From Euglena gracilis (lineage: Eukaryota), in contig CP154954.1 in assembly GCA_039621445.1 (NCBI GenBank), forward strand, positions 8,186,634 to 8,250,633: a stretch of DNA of 64,000 bases, given 5' to 3'. Below the pieces are notes generated by a model that was given only the letters and a program-made list of their open reading frames with translations, was not told the origin of the DNA and searched no databases. A program made the translations under genes and the position numbers. This document shows, in pieces, positions 12,863-25,299 of the stretch (its first letter is position 1; each line of letters opens with the position of its first letter).

Positions 12863-15405
12863 GACACCTCGGGCCCCGCACTTTGCCATTGTGAGGCCAT
12901 GCCTTGCTCGCCGGCGGCTTGCTGCGATGGTTTTTGGACACCTCGGGCTCCGCACTTTGCCATTGTGAGGCCATGCCTTGCTCGCCGGCGGTCTGCTGTG
13001 TGATTGCTCGCTGCGCTGGGTTAGGAGCCCCCGCTTAGTGCCTTTTTCGCCGGAGTTGGCTGATTCTTAACTTGCCCTTCGACACCCAGAAGAAAGGACC
13101 AGAGTCAACGAACGAAGAAGAACCGGGAAAAGAAGTCAATATCAGTTCATTATACCGAAGGACACGACCCAGACGAATATAAACTCAAAAGTCAATTACC
13201 AAATTTCAAATTTGACTTCAATGAGCAACGCAGTTGAGAAGAAATTGGAATTTCATGGCCGCGGACGTCTTGGAGCAGAGGCCGCAGCAGCAGCTGGAAA
13301 ACTTGGAGATGCGGTCGACACGTGGCAAACCGTGGCCGTTCTTCCCACCCAGACCCCCACCCAGAAATTTCCCACAAAACCACCCCCAGTGACGGCCACG
13401 GTCCTTGGACCACTGTGGCCGGAAGGCCCAGAAACAGAAGTCAGCCCAAGTCCTCAGTGGGCAAAGGATGGGCCATGGAGGCCCAAAATACGTCAGCATT
13501 GGACATCCAAAGCCCACAGATCAGGGGCTTTTCCCCCAAGCCTGTGCACAATTTGGCCAAAGGCTGGGGAGATGGAATCAAGGCCAAGAAGGTCACCATT
13601 ACAGGGGCCATGGGGGCCAATTTTGCAAGCAATTCCCCTCAGGAAGGGGCAGAAAAGGTCTGTCAAACCCCCCCAATTCATCTTACACAACAGCCCCTCT
13701 CAAGGGGAAATGGGGGGGCCACAGCAGCCCCCCCAGATTTCCAGTGGGGTTGGAGGCCAAGAAGCAATCAAGGCCTGGAAGACCAACAGATGGATTATGG
13801 AAAAAGATTTATACCTGTAGGCCTTGGAGGCCAGTAGGGTTGACCCACAGTGGCCACCAAGAAGCTATGGGACATCATCCCCAACCAGCAGGTGGACCCA
13901 CAGTGGCCACCAAGAAGCTAAGAAAGCTGCTGGAGAAATCCCCCGAGGGACCCACAGAGGCCCTCTGCCAAAAAGGGGGGAAAAAGGGACCCACAGTGGC
14001 CCTTTTAATGACTCAGCCTCAGCAGGAAAAGGGACCCACAGTGGCCATTTTGGAGGGAGGGGCAGGAACCCCTCCAACGTTTATTTCTCAAGTCCCGATT
14101 GTTCAGTCAAGGGGGGGGGACCCACAGAGGCCCCCCTATGGTATGTCAACCAACCAGATCAACATGGAGAAGACCAGATAGGCAAAACAGGGGCATTAAG
14201 CCCTATGGTATGTCATCCAACAACAAGATCCTCCAGACTGGTGATCGGAGAGGGAGAGAATGCATGCACATCCCCCCAGAAAAAATTTCTTTTTCCAAGG
14301 GCCCAAGCCCTAGGGGACCTAGGGGTGCAATGTACAACACCCCCAACCCAGACCCCCAGAATCATCTTACCCAGAAAATAAATTCAATGGAGGAAATATG
14401 GGGAGACACCCCTCTCCATCAAAAGTTGCAAAAAAGCATAAAATGTCCAACATCTCCAGCCCAGCCCCCCCCAAAATCATCTTACCCAGGAAATAAATTC
14501 CATGGAAGAAAAATGGGGAGACACCCCCCTCCATCAATGTTGCAAAAAAGCTTGAAATGGTGGGCAAAAAATGCCCCCCCCCCCACAACAACATGTCAAC
14601 TCAACAGGGATGGCATTCAAACCCCTTGGGTCAGCCCACCAAAATTGTCCACCCACCCATAAACAGGAGCAAATTCGAACTTACCCCAAGCAGAAAAAAT
14701 TCTGCTGGATTACGAAAAATCTGGATCCATAAAGAGGGTGAAGGATTCAACCACCCAGCACCTGATCCCCTGGTTTCTGATTTCAAAACCAGAGGGGTGG
14801 CAGACAAAATGGAGATTAATAAGCGATTGCAGGGAAATAAATCAAAGGTTCCAAGTGAAACCTTTCAAACTGGATCACATCCAGCACATTTTTCCAGTTT
14901 TGGAAAAAGGCCACTGGGCAGCAAAAATAGACCTGAAGGATGCCTATTTTCATATTCCAGTAAGTCCAGGCCTAAGGCCATTTTTAAGACATCAGGTGGG
15001 GGGGGCAGACCTGGGAATTCCAGGCAGGCTGTTTTGGCCTGAATGTAATGCCCCAAATTTTCATGTCAGTAATGAAGACATTCGGAAAACTGTGGAGGAA
15101 AAGGGGCATCCAGGTATTTATTTACCTGGACGACATTTTACTGGTGGCCCCAACACAAATCATCTTACAAAATCACCTGAACACAGTGGTCAGGGATTTA
15201 ATCAAATCAGGATTCAAAATCAATGTGAAAAATTCCACCCTGCAGCCCACCAAAGTCGTCAATCATCTTGGATTTCAGCTAAACTTCCAAGAGGGAAAAT
15301 TACAGGTGCCCCCCCAGAAAATAAAAACACTAAAAAAGGAGCTTGTAAAAATGGTGAAAAAAGATTACATGTCAAAAAGGCAACTGGCTGCCATTTTGGG
15401 CCAAT
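12863..15405 (+). mobile_element. DIRS-like retrotransposon, 5' part (left ITR, decayed gag, frameshifted RT)
   Basis: Terminal motif GACACCTCGGG...GTGAGGCCATGCCTTG twice (12863, 12937), shared with the ends of the 38356-45367 DIRS; RT peptides KWRLISDCREIN, KIDLKDAYFHI, IYLDDILL (YLDD 15123-15134), NHLGF; broken off at ~15405. Confidence 0.85.
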
Positions 15406-15725
15406 CTGTCCGCCACCCCCTTGCCCCATCCCCATCCCCATCCTTTGGAAATGGCACAAGTCACAGGAGGACGAGAAAATTAAGAAGTACGGTGATGGCT
15501 GCAAACGGAGGGGATGGACGTTTATTCCCTTCGTGCTTCATTTCCACGGAGGCATGGGAGATGCTGCCCTCAACTTCGTTAGCCAGTGTGTCCGTCTGCT
15601 GGTGGGATAGCTCGACTCGTGGGAAAGGAGGGCCGCGGAGGCATACTGCTTGCAGGGCCTCAGCATGGCCCTGGCCAGGGGGCTATCAAAGCCGCTGGCT
15701 TGGGGTCAGTGCGCGGAGGAGCTGA
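15406..15725 (+). mobile_element. 3' fragment of a non-LTR retrotransposon (restriction-like endonuclease, CRE/SLACS-like)
   Basis: VRHPLAPS...EDEKIKKYGDGCKRRGWTFIPFVLHFHGGMGDAALNF...LQGLSMALARG matches the K..KY / F.PFV / GG.G..A / LS.AL.RG pattern of RLE C-termini; contains an internal stop. Confidence 0.6.
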
Positions 15726-18700
15726 CTGATGGTGGTGGAAGCAACTCCCATCACCCATACTCGCTCTAAAAACGCAATCGGTACCAAGCACCAGTTGCAA
15801 AAAACTCGCTGCCGCTCAAGCGGCCCTATCGTTTCCAAGTTCACGGCCAAGCCTCACTGGACACAAGGCATCAGCTTATATTCAGCGGCGTTGCTCTGCT
15901 TTTACTACGGTCTATCTCCTTCCGGCATCGCTTCGTGCACCCGACCTGCTTGGTTTCTCTTCATACTATCGGAGTCCGGCATATGTCGGTGGACTACGTG
16001 ACCAAAGTCCTGCACGCCAGAGGACCAAGGCCATTCAGAAACGATGTTGCGGTGAAGCACATGATTACAAACTGCCTGTACAACCGCCGCATCCCCACTT
16101 CTCGCTATGCTCACCCTTACCTCCCCTCCCCTCCCCTATACCTCGCACAGGCTGTCTCCTCTGTATATATCCTTACTCCCCCGAACACATCAAATCCAGT
16201 AGGCTGTGCCACTGGTTGGTGATGGGTTTCTGGTGGTTCGGCCAAAGGGCAGACCTCCGTCCCTTCCGCCCTGTAGTCGGTCCAATTTTTGCAGTCGCGC
16301 AAAGCCACCTGGACGTTGCCCGGGTTCCACTCACTAAATGTGCAGTTGGGAATGGAAACCAGAGGAAAAACTCGAGGTTGATGGTTGATGGTTTTTATTT
16401 GAACGAGAATCCTCCATCATCCATGACCCAAAGCTATTATTATTATTTTTTGTGTTTTGCAAATTTTATTCTCCATTAGCAATTTCTTCTTTAGTTTTGG
16501 AATGCTGCTGTTTTGTGAAAATTGGTGAATGGTTTTGCATCAAAGGTCCCCACTGCATCAACAATTTTGCTCAGCCATTGCAATTTAGAGAATTAACATT
16601 ATTTAGAGGACGTTGAGCTATTTTATTCTGCATTCCTTATTGCAGTTTTTTTTTGAGAATTTCGAATTCCAAGTGCCACCCCAAGTGCCTCTGATGCAAC
16701 AACCAATTGAACCCTGTTGAACCCAATGAACTTTGGCTTCTTTCTGCCTGTTCTGTTGAATTGTGAAGTTCAAGTCGACAGGTTATTTTGTCTAAACTGT
16801 GATGCCAACGCCCACTGTCAACGTTGTCTGCTACCGGTCACACTACCAGTACGGTTACGCCATGTGGATGTTCTCCATCATCGGCGAGCGGAACGAGCAA
16901 ACCTTCGCAAAGAAGTACCCTCAAATAAATGTTGCAGTATTTCTGCAACTGTTTCCACTGGTGTGGCCCATGCACTGAGATGCGGTACACACATTTGCCA
17001 CCTGCGTCATGATTATACATGACTCACGTCTTCAAACATTAGTCTGGCACGAATGCATCATCTACCTTTATGCAAGGGTAGCCATTTTTTATAAATAAAT
17101 ATGTATTATTTCTGATAATATGTTTGCCAATGTACGACAAGACTTGACGGTATGATCGCCTCAACCGTGCAGCAAACACATTTCTCAGTTGTCATTTGCC
17201 CTGTCCTCCTGCATTGCTGAAAAAAAAACACATTCTTTCTTTTTATAAACAATGCAGATGTAAGCATTTTTAGACACGATTGGTTTGAAGGTTGGGGAGG
17301 TTCCTTCTGACTGCCCCTGCCACACGTTGCAGATACACAATGGCGGAGATGCAGAAGAAGTACCCCAGGCCAACCTCGTGCCAAATGAATTTCACCTTCG
17401 GGTGAACGGCCTGCCGTTTGTTTGAAAGTGCTCAAAATGCGCCAAAATTTTTTTTTTACTTTTTAGTGCTTCTTTTGCTTTTTTATTTGACACTTTTCCT
17501 GTCAAGTATTCATTGGTTCCCGCGGCTGGGCCCATATCTTCTCGTTTTGCGGATCCAATTCCACCGTGATTTGCGTTGATCAGGGACGCAGTGCCGCGCA
17601 GAAAATCATCGGGAAACGTGGGTACGCGGATGCCTTGAAGGGAAGTCGCAACGTCAACCTCGGGTCTGCCCTCATGCCATTGCACACAGGCACAAACTCG
17701 AACCTGTGCGGTAGGGGCTTCGGAATGGGGAATGAGATCTGGCAGGGGGCATGGTATGGGGCAGGGGTTGGGGTCCCAGGTTCGTGCTCTGTCTCTTCCA
17801 TTGTTCCTCAAGTTGTTGTTCTAGCTGTTTACACGTATGCCTAATTCGTGGTGTCACGGTGTCTGGCATTGTCTGGCAAACACCGCAGGAATGGGAAAGG
17901 GCCACTACTGAACCATCCCTGGCCCTGACTGTTCGCGGTGCAACTGAACCAACAACCACACCCAGTGGCGATTGGGCAACCGCTGGTTTTGAACATCACA
18001 CAGAGGAGATCATTCCCAAACTAAGAGCAGAACGTTTAAAATTGAGCAACCCTATTTCTCCCGTTCCTCCCAGGATCATCCCCCTCCAAATGGGTGAGAC
18101 ATGTATTCCCATCTTTAATCATGCTTAATCATAATCACGCAGGCATCAAAAGGTGGTGTGTTGTCCATGATTATCATGATAAGAGTCATAATCGTAATCG
18201 TAGGCATAATCATGATCATGATCACAATCATAATCATAATCACAGCTTTTAATCAGTTTCAAATTGAACTAGTTTCTATTGTTTTTTTTCCGCATTTTGA
18301 CATATATATTTCCCCAAAGTCCCCACAGTGCGATAATATCCATTCTGCACATTTTACCAATCACTTCGAAATTGTTGCAAAGCCGACAAAATGAACGATG
18401 AATTGTCGACCCCACCTGTATCATGTAAGTGATTCCTTTCCTCCAACCCCACATTCTTGCCGCACACGCCGGCCACTGTCAGCGCCATCTTCAAAGCCGC
18501 GTTCTGTCGCCAGAATTTGTCTCCCAACGCGCACACCTGTGGCCCGGCCCAGGCCAACATGTCTGCCTCTGTTGTTACGTTTTATGGAACCGGAATTGAC
18601 GGATCATTCCAGCCAGGGATTTGTTTTTAACTTTGGGTCTCGGAGGGGGGCATGGTGGGTGGTCATCCTTGTAGGTCCCCCGCTGGGTTGTGTGGTTTCG

Positions 18701-19189
18701 GCCTTTTTCGGCTTCCCCCCCCCCCGACGCTAAGAGCCGTTTTAACCCCAAGGTTGACCGCCAAAAGGTCTCAGAAGAATCCCTTTCAGACAATTGCTTA
18801 AGCACTGGCCGAACCCCCCCCCCGTGGCTGGGTGACTGGTTTTTTTGTAGTGACTGACTGGTTTTTGGCCCGGACATCCTCCCCCCGGAGGGGGGGGGGT
18901 CGGCAAAAAAACCACTAAAGTGACCTGGCGCCGGAAAAGTTTTTTTGGCTTTTTTTGCATGTTTTACTTTCAAATTTCCTTTGTGTTCCAGAGTGGCCGA
19001 CCCCCCCTCCACCGGGGGGGGGGTAGTGACGGACTGGTTTTTCGAAAAGGGGAGTGACCCTCCCGGGGGTCGGTAAAAAAATGTATGATCCCTGGATCCA
19101 GTGCTGTGTGGTGGAGCTAAAACGTTTCTTCAACCAGATTTGCAATTGTCTGCACTGTTGTGCACAACTTTGGCCGGAGGCAAGCACCT

Positions 19190-19330
19190 ATAGCTAAAAT
19201 GGCTTAAAATGGTCTAAAATGGCCTAAAATGGCCTAAAATGGCCGAAAATTACTTTTTTACCCCCTATAGGTGGGGGTCCCTAAAATGGCCTAAAATGGC
19301 TAAAATGGCCTAAAATGGCCTAAAATGGGA
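19190..19330. repeat. 10-bp minisatellite (TAAAATGGCC)n
   Basis: Direct inspection; two runs separated by a short spacer. Confidence 0.85.
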
Positions 19331-20872
19331 AAAATTCTGTTGCACAACAATTTTTTTGTGAATAACTGAAGCCATTCAGGCAATGACTTTTGGTGTCTTT
19401 GGTTAATGTGGACGGCAAACAGTGGATTTGGTGGAGGGGCATAGCCCCACAAGGCCCATGGTTTTATCCCAAAAACACTCGTATCAGTCCCCAAATCCAC
19501 AGCCCCAACCTTTTTTTGGTGGCTGAATTTTGAAGGCTTGCACAAACTATTTTTTCTTACTCCTATCTTGTTGGTTTGCACCGATGTTTGTTTCGCAAAT
19601 AATGAAACGGAAGCATGATGAAAAAGTCAAAACAAAGATGAAAGATGTTGGAAAAATATCATTTGAAATATAAAATTCTAGCATTCCCATATAACTATAA
19701 CTTTGTAAGTAAATTTAATTATTTTCATTTTTTCGTTTAATTTCATTTTTATGAATAGACATAAGAATATTATAGATATTCCATAATTTTATGTGGAAGC
19801 CGGCTAGTGTGGTGTCAGCATGCGTTATTGACCAACATGTCGATTATTCAGTTGAAAGCTTCACCACAAACGGTAAAACGCCAAAAGGCATAACCCCCCC
19901 CCCTAATAGAAGCACGGGGCCGCTACAAGCGCAGGGTCCAAATAAAAGCGCACCCCCCGCCGCCTTCGAAGTCGAAGCCGAAGGCGGCGGGCCGCTACAA
20001 GCACACCCCCCATTTTGATGGGATTTCTAAACAAAATCAACAAAAATCGCGCAGGTAGGGGCCAAATAGAAGCGCACCCCCTGCCGCCGGGGGCGGCGGT
20101 CCACTAAAAGCGCACCCGTGCCTCTATGGTGGGGGGGGGCGTTTAGTTGTAGTGCTTCTTTGCAAATATATAATAATAAAAAAACTCGATTGAGTTCTCG
20201 ATTATCACAGAATATGCCTGCCAGACCACCATCATAGAAGTGGTGGACTTCCGTGTACTTTTTGTGATAGTTATTTTTTATTGTGCGCAATATGGGGATT
20301 CCCACAATTTTTCATACACACAGTTTGCTTTTGGATGTATCATGCATCTGATTGTACTGAAAGGTACAGAGTGATGAATTTCACCGTACTGGAATAATGT
20401 TCCATCCTTTTATATGCATTCACAGTTCATTTGCGGTTTTTCAAAGTAGTATAATCCACACCAACCACAGTTGTTCTGTGAATTGGCAGCAGCCTGCGAC
20501 AATTCCGCATTTTTTTGCGGTTGTACACTCATTATGACCGTTTTGGCAATAAGCCGAATTTTTTTGATTCAGGTATACACCCAGTAATATTTTTGTGCCA
20601 TGCATATTCCGCAAGGCAATGTTTCTGGGCGATAAAGCCTACCCCCCATTTTTTTGGCTAATGCCAACCCTACAGGCTGCACACCCAAGGCACAAATGCC
20701 AAATCTGCTGTTTTTAGGGCGACTTCCCGCTATTCTGAGGTATAAGCCTGGGGATACCCCATCTCCAACGCCGTGTCCGCGCAGCACTGTGAAGCTCTCA
20801 CTAGCGGTATATGCCGCCAGTAAGAAGACACACAACGTACAGCGCACACACCGCAATAATAGCCTGAACTTG

Positions 20873-21510
20873 AGTTGGCGGACCGGCCGCTGCACATTCC
20901 ATTGCCACTATTACAGCCTGCTGTTGTATATAGCGAACCACTGCGCTAATTAAGCATCAAAATAGCGCAAACCGCTCTCTAACTGTTCTGTTTTTCACTG
21001 CAGGCTCCCTCTTTTTACCCATGGTTTCAATTCAAGATTGTGCCTGCTGAATCAAGACCAAGGTCAAATTATATCAATCTTCAAGGATTTTCAAGGCAAT
21101 TCAAAGAAAGGCACTGGAGCCAAGGAAGTGCAAAAGTTCAAGAAAGTCGAAAATCCAAGGGCGGAGCAAGCAAAGGATTACAAAAAAGATTGGTTATCTG
21201 CTGGCGCAGGAGAGCAGTACAAGCCAAAAAGGTGTTGGTGCTGGGGTATCTGAAGCCTAGGGGAGGGTAACCAGGCCTTTTCCTAAACCCCCCCACTGCC
21301 GGAAGGGACGCCAAGCCGGACTCCCCCCCCCAACCACTCCCCAAAAAGGAGGGCCTTCGGTCCCCAGGAAAAAATCCTACGTGGGAAGGGGAGTATCCCG
21401 AACCTACCCCTCTCCCCAGAGCCCATCGCGCCTACCCCCCACCCCGCCGGTACCCCCTCACGGACCCCCGGGAGTGAAGGCTGGGCAAAAACAACATCGT
21501 TCGGGAAACT
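20873..21510 (+). repeat. 5' LTR (638 bp, AGTT...AACT)
   Basis: Direct repeat of 34150-34787 with about 8 substitutions by manual comparison and no indels seen. Confidence 0.95.
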
Positions 21511-21523
21511 GGTAGCAGAGGAT
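21510..21523 (+). promoter_or_regulatory. Primer-binding site for initiator tRNA-Met
   Basis: TGGTAGCAGAGGAT is complementary to the conserved 3' end of eukaryotic tRNA-iMet; it overlaps the last LTR base. Confidence 0.9.
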
Positions 21524-21567
21524 TTTCATTTTAACAAAATTTCCTGGGAACAAACCACACCGACAAG

Positions 21568-24500
21568 ATGGATCCGGCTCCCCAGGCTCACCCCGCCCCG
21601 GTGGTGGGTGTCTCCCACCATGGGACTCCCCAACATGAAAAAGACCGCCCCATACCCAATCCCAATCCCCCGCACACGCATGCCGCTGCTCAGTCCCCCT
21701 CAGCGTGCACAGCAGAAAAAGAATCCCCCATTTCCCCGCCTAGCCCCGCTCAAGAAAAGGCGATAAGCCCAAACCCCCAGCTCCCATTCCCACTCCAGCT
21801 CACATTCCCCATCCTGTCCACCCCATCCCCACCCTCGTACCTGTCCCAGTCCCTGCGCACCACCCCAGCAGCCACGCCGTCCCCGGGGATGTCCGCGGCG
21901 GCGTCCGCGGCGGGGTCCGCGGCGGCATCCGCGGCGGCGTCCGCGGCGGCGTTCGCGCTGGTGCCGCTCCAGCTGCCGGAGCTGGAGTCCCCGCGGGACG
22001 CCACCCCGCTGCGGGCCCGCTTCCCGCTGCTGGCCGCGGCGGGGGCGGCGCTGCTGTTCCCCACCACCACCACCCCCAGAGGGAGCCGCAAGGGGGATCA
22101 AAGGGTGTGGGGGGAACGAACCCCCTTTTCCGAAGCCTCATCGTCCCACCGGCCGCTCAAGATGCCAAGGATCGTGGACGAGATGGACGAGGACGCGACG
22201 GGTGTGGAGTATGACCAGGCAGAGGAGACGTACGAGCAGACCCTCGAGATGTACGACGAGGCTGAGCCCGCAGGCGAGGGATACGAGGAAGATATGGCCC
22301 CCGAGGTGTACCAGGAGGAGATGGGTGCCGGGGATGAAGTCCCGGTGCAAGACCAGCCTATGCAGGATGAGTATCCCGGGGTGTCGGAGGAGGTGGCGGT
22401 GTGGCTGACGAGCCGCATCGACGCCGTGGGTGCCCAAGTCCGCGGCGTGGAGGCGAGTCTCGGGCAGGTGGTGGCACAGCTCGACCTCCTGGGCAACCGC
22501 ACCCGGGAGATGTGGGATGACTGGCCCACCGCGGCGCTGGAGGAGATGGACACGGAGATCAAGGCCACGAAGGAGGCGTCCGCGGCGGCCTATCGACAAG
22601 TGGCGGAGGGGCAAGGCAAGGTCATCGCGCAGTTCATGGAGACCATCCAAGCCCAGCACGGACGGCTCGAGGGCCAAGTGGCGCAAGCCAAGGCGGCCGC
22701 CCGAAAGGCGGCGGATGAGGCGGCCCAAGCAATCGCCGCCGTGCAGGCTGAGCACCGATGCCGCGAGGCAGAGGTGCAAGGCTTGACGGCGATGGTGCGT
22801 GCCGGCCCCGGCGAGGGTGCGGCCCGGGTGGTGGACCCGGAAACGGCGGTGGAGGTGGCCCGCCTCCGGGGAGCCATGGTGACGCGGGAGGAGATCGCCA
22901 CGGTGGTGCGGCAGATGGAGGAGCGACTGCAGCGGATGGAGCTCAACTCCAAGACCGAGATCCCGGCGTTGCAGGTGCAGTATTTCAACAAGCTGGCCGA
23001 CCGGATATCCGTGGAGTTGGAGGGCAAGTGCAGGGTGTACTTGGAGAAGGCCCTCCGGGAAGTGGACCAAGTGGTGACGGCGCTGTTCAGGGAGATTCAG
23101 ATGGCAAAGGAGGAGATCAAGCAGTGGTCTGTCAAGATGTCCGGTCTCCGCCCAGCCGGCGGACCCCCGGTGTCCTCGGCGGCTCAGACCACGCCGCCAA
23201 CCCGAGGGGCCGCCGATCCCTACCAGTCCGCCCCCCAGCCTGTGTCGGCGGGGGCGGCCCGAGCCCCGGCTGAGCGGTCATCATCGTCAACCACCGCGCG
23301 CCCGGCAAGGGAAGGGATATCCATGCCGCAATCCGCGTATGCATTCCCCCGCCGATCGAGCACCGCCGCAGTCATCCGAGCAGAGCCGCTGTCCGTGTCA
23401 CAGCGCCAACCGTCGTCCTCCGCGGCCCAACGTGCACCGTCCCATCCGCAACCGTCCCACGTGCAAGTGCAGCAGTCCGCGCTGTCGTCGCATCCGTCTG
23501 CACCGGCATCGCGACCCGCCAGCACCGCCGCCCCACCAGCGCACCGAGCAGCGCAGCATCCGGCATCACACCCGCAAGCCGCAACCACCGCCCTGTCCAA
23601 GCCGTCAGCACCGGTTTCGGTGCCGGTGGCTGTTGCCCAGTCTGTCCGAGTCCAAGTCCGACCCGTCTCCCAAGTCTCTGTGCCCGTGTCAAGCCAGCCT
23701 CTGGGTGCCGAAGGCACTGATCCGCAGTGTGCCGAAGGCACGGTGTACCAGCAAGCCGTCCATCCCAACCCATCGCATGCCATGCATCAGACCCCCGCGG
23801 TGGCGTTCGCCACCGGGGTGTCTCCCCAGCCAGCCATGCAGCCATCATCCCATCCTTCCGGCGGGCCCCCGCCAGTGATGCAGTCTGCGGTGCCGGCTGC
23901 GACTGCGGCCACACCAGCGGACCCAGCCAATCCGCCCGCGTCGAGGCTCCGACCGGAGCTGCGGCTCGTGCGATCCCGCCCGGTGCCGACGAATGCAGCA
24001 CCGATGCTCCTCATGCGTGCGGGGGCGAGCGTGCCCGCACCCGTGAGGGGAACCGCCATCCGAGAAGTCCAAGCAACCACCCTGCCGCTGGGGGCTCCCC
24101 AGCTGCAGATCCTGCCACCGCACCTCCTGGATGCGCTCGGGGGGAGGCATCCGGGCCGGTTCTCGGGTAACGCCGAGGACTGGCCCCAATGGAGGCGGCG
24201 GTGGCTCCCGTACCTCCGCGAGGTGGAGGGGATGGTCCCCCTCCTCAGCGAGGCGCAGCGGGTGGCGCTGCTGCGGAGTACGGTGGATGAGGCGACGGCG
24301 TTGCACATCGACCTGATGGTGGAGACCTACCCCGAGATGCCGTTCGAGGAGCTGTGGGCGAGGCTGGACCTGGAACTGGGTGGAGACGACCGAGAAGCAC
24401 TACGAAGGAAGCTCCGTCACCTCAAGGTGGTGACGCGGGGCAAGCTGACGGAGCGCGAGTGGCGGGAGTACTTCGCCAACGCCAAGGCGCTGGCGATGCA

Positions 24501-25299
24501 GATCGGGGACATGACGGACGTGGAGCTAGCCCGCCTGGTGGTGGACCAGCTGGGCCAGCCATGGAGGAAGCGGCTGGCCCATGAAGAGGATCGGCGCCGT
24601 GACCACGCGGCGCTGGTCCTGGAAGGCCTACCGGAGGATGTGACGGTGGCGGAGGCGACGGAGATGGTGGTGGAGGAGACGGGTGTCGTGCCGAAGAAAG
24701 TGGATCGCCAAGGCAGAAGAATTAAGGTGGTCCCGGCGGACGATGACCACCGGGCGGCCATCAAGGCGGTGTACGACCGGCAGAAGCTGTCTGGTGGAGC
24801 CATCGTCCGGGTGGCCCCGGACACCGTGGAGTTCACCGCCACCCAAGTCAACGACCTCATGGTGCGGTGGCTGAGGGTGGACCAGCGGGCCGCCACCATG
24901 GGCGACCCCGAGCCGGCCCACCGCAAACCGGCGGCACCCACAAGATGGCAGCGGGAAGTGGATGTCGAAGATGAAGATGACGAGACCGACACCAAGGCCA
25001 ATCAAGGAGTCCAGGAGGAGTCCAACATCAAGGAAGTGAAGAAGGAAGCGGTGAAGAAAGAAAAGGAAGGTGAAGCGAAGAAGGTCGACGAGACCAAGGA
25101 CTCCAACGATGCCCAAGGCTGGGCTGGCCGAGGCAAAGGCAACCAGCAGCCGTGGAATGAAGGATGGACCGGCAAAGGCGGCGAAACCAAGGGGAAAGAT
25201 GGTGGAAAAGGCAAAGGCAAGGGTAAGGGGAAAGGCAAGGGCGGCGAGAAAGGTTCCGGCAAAGGAGAAGCGGCCGGGACGACATCGACGCAGCAATGA
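21568..25299 (+). CDS. gag: Gag-like polyprotein (1243 aa)
   Basis: Uninterrupted ORF just after the PBS: Pro-rich N-terminus, coiled-coil-like region, Ala/Pro/Ser linker, retrotransposon-gag motif PGRFSGNAEDWPQW (~24150), RRM-like segment, GKGKGK tail; no CCHC knuckle. Confidence 0.85.
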   Translation: MDPAPQAHPAPVVGVSHHGTPQHEKDRPIPNPNPPHTHAAAQSPSACTAEKESPISPPSPAQEKAISPNPQLPFPLQLTFPILSTPSPPSYLSQSLRTTPAATPSPGMSAAASAAGSAAASAAASAAAFALVPLQLPELESPRDATPLRARFPLLAAAGAALLFPTTTTPRGSRKGDQRVWGERTPFSEASSSHRPLKMPRIVDEMDEDATGVEYDQAEETYEQTLEMYDEAEPAGEGYEEDMAPEVYQEEMGAGDEVPVQDQPMQDEYPGVSEEVAVWLTSRIDAVGAQVRGVEASLGQVVAQLDLLGNRTREMWDDWPTAALEEMDTEIKATKEASAAAYRQVAEGQGKVIAQFMETIQAQHGRLEGQVAQAKAAARKAADEAAQAIAAVQAEHRCREAEVQGLTAMVRAGPGEGAARVVDPETAVEVARLRGAMVTREEIATVVRQMEERLQRMELNSKTEIPALQVQYFNKLADRISVELEGKCRVYLEKALREVDQVVTALFREIQMAKEEIKQWSVKMSGLRPAGGPPVSSAAQTTPPTRGAADPYQSAPQPVSAGAARAPAERSSSSTTARPAREGISMPQSAYAFPRRSSTAAVIRAEPLSVSQRQPSSSAAQRAPSHPQPSHVQVQQSALSSHPSAPASRPASTAAPPAHRAAQHPASHPQAATTALSKPSAPVSVPVAVAQSVRVQVRPVSQVSVPVSSQPLGAEGTDPQCAEGTVYQQAVHPNPSHAMHQTPAVAFATGVSPQPAMQPSSHPSGGPPPVMQSAVPAATAATPADPANPPASRLRPELRLVRSRPVPTNAAPMLLMRAGASVPAPVRGTAIREVQATTLPLGAPQLQILPPHLLDALGGRHPGRFSGNAEDWPQWRRRWLPYLREVEGMVPLLSEAQRVALLRSTVDEATALHIDLMVETYPEMPFEELWARLDLELGGDDREALRRKLRHLKVVTRGKLTEREWREYFANAKALAMQIGDMTDVELARLVVDQLGQPWRKRLAHEEDRRRDHAALVLEGLPEDVTVAEATEMVVEETGVVPKKVDRQGRRIKVVPADDDHRAAIKAVYDRQKLSGGAIVRVAPDTVEFTATQVNDLMVRWLRVDQRAATMGDPEPAHRKPAAPTRWQREVDVEDEDDETDTKANQGVQEESNIKEVKKEAVKKEKEGEAKKVDETKDSNDAQGWAGRGKGNQQPWNEGWTGKGGETKGKDGGKGKGKGKGKGKGGEKGSGKGEAAGTTSTQQ

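Noticed and set aside
20871-20872. TG as a canonical LTR start
   Set aside because: The 3' LTR has no T at the equivalent position; TG belongs to the CTTG target duplication.
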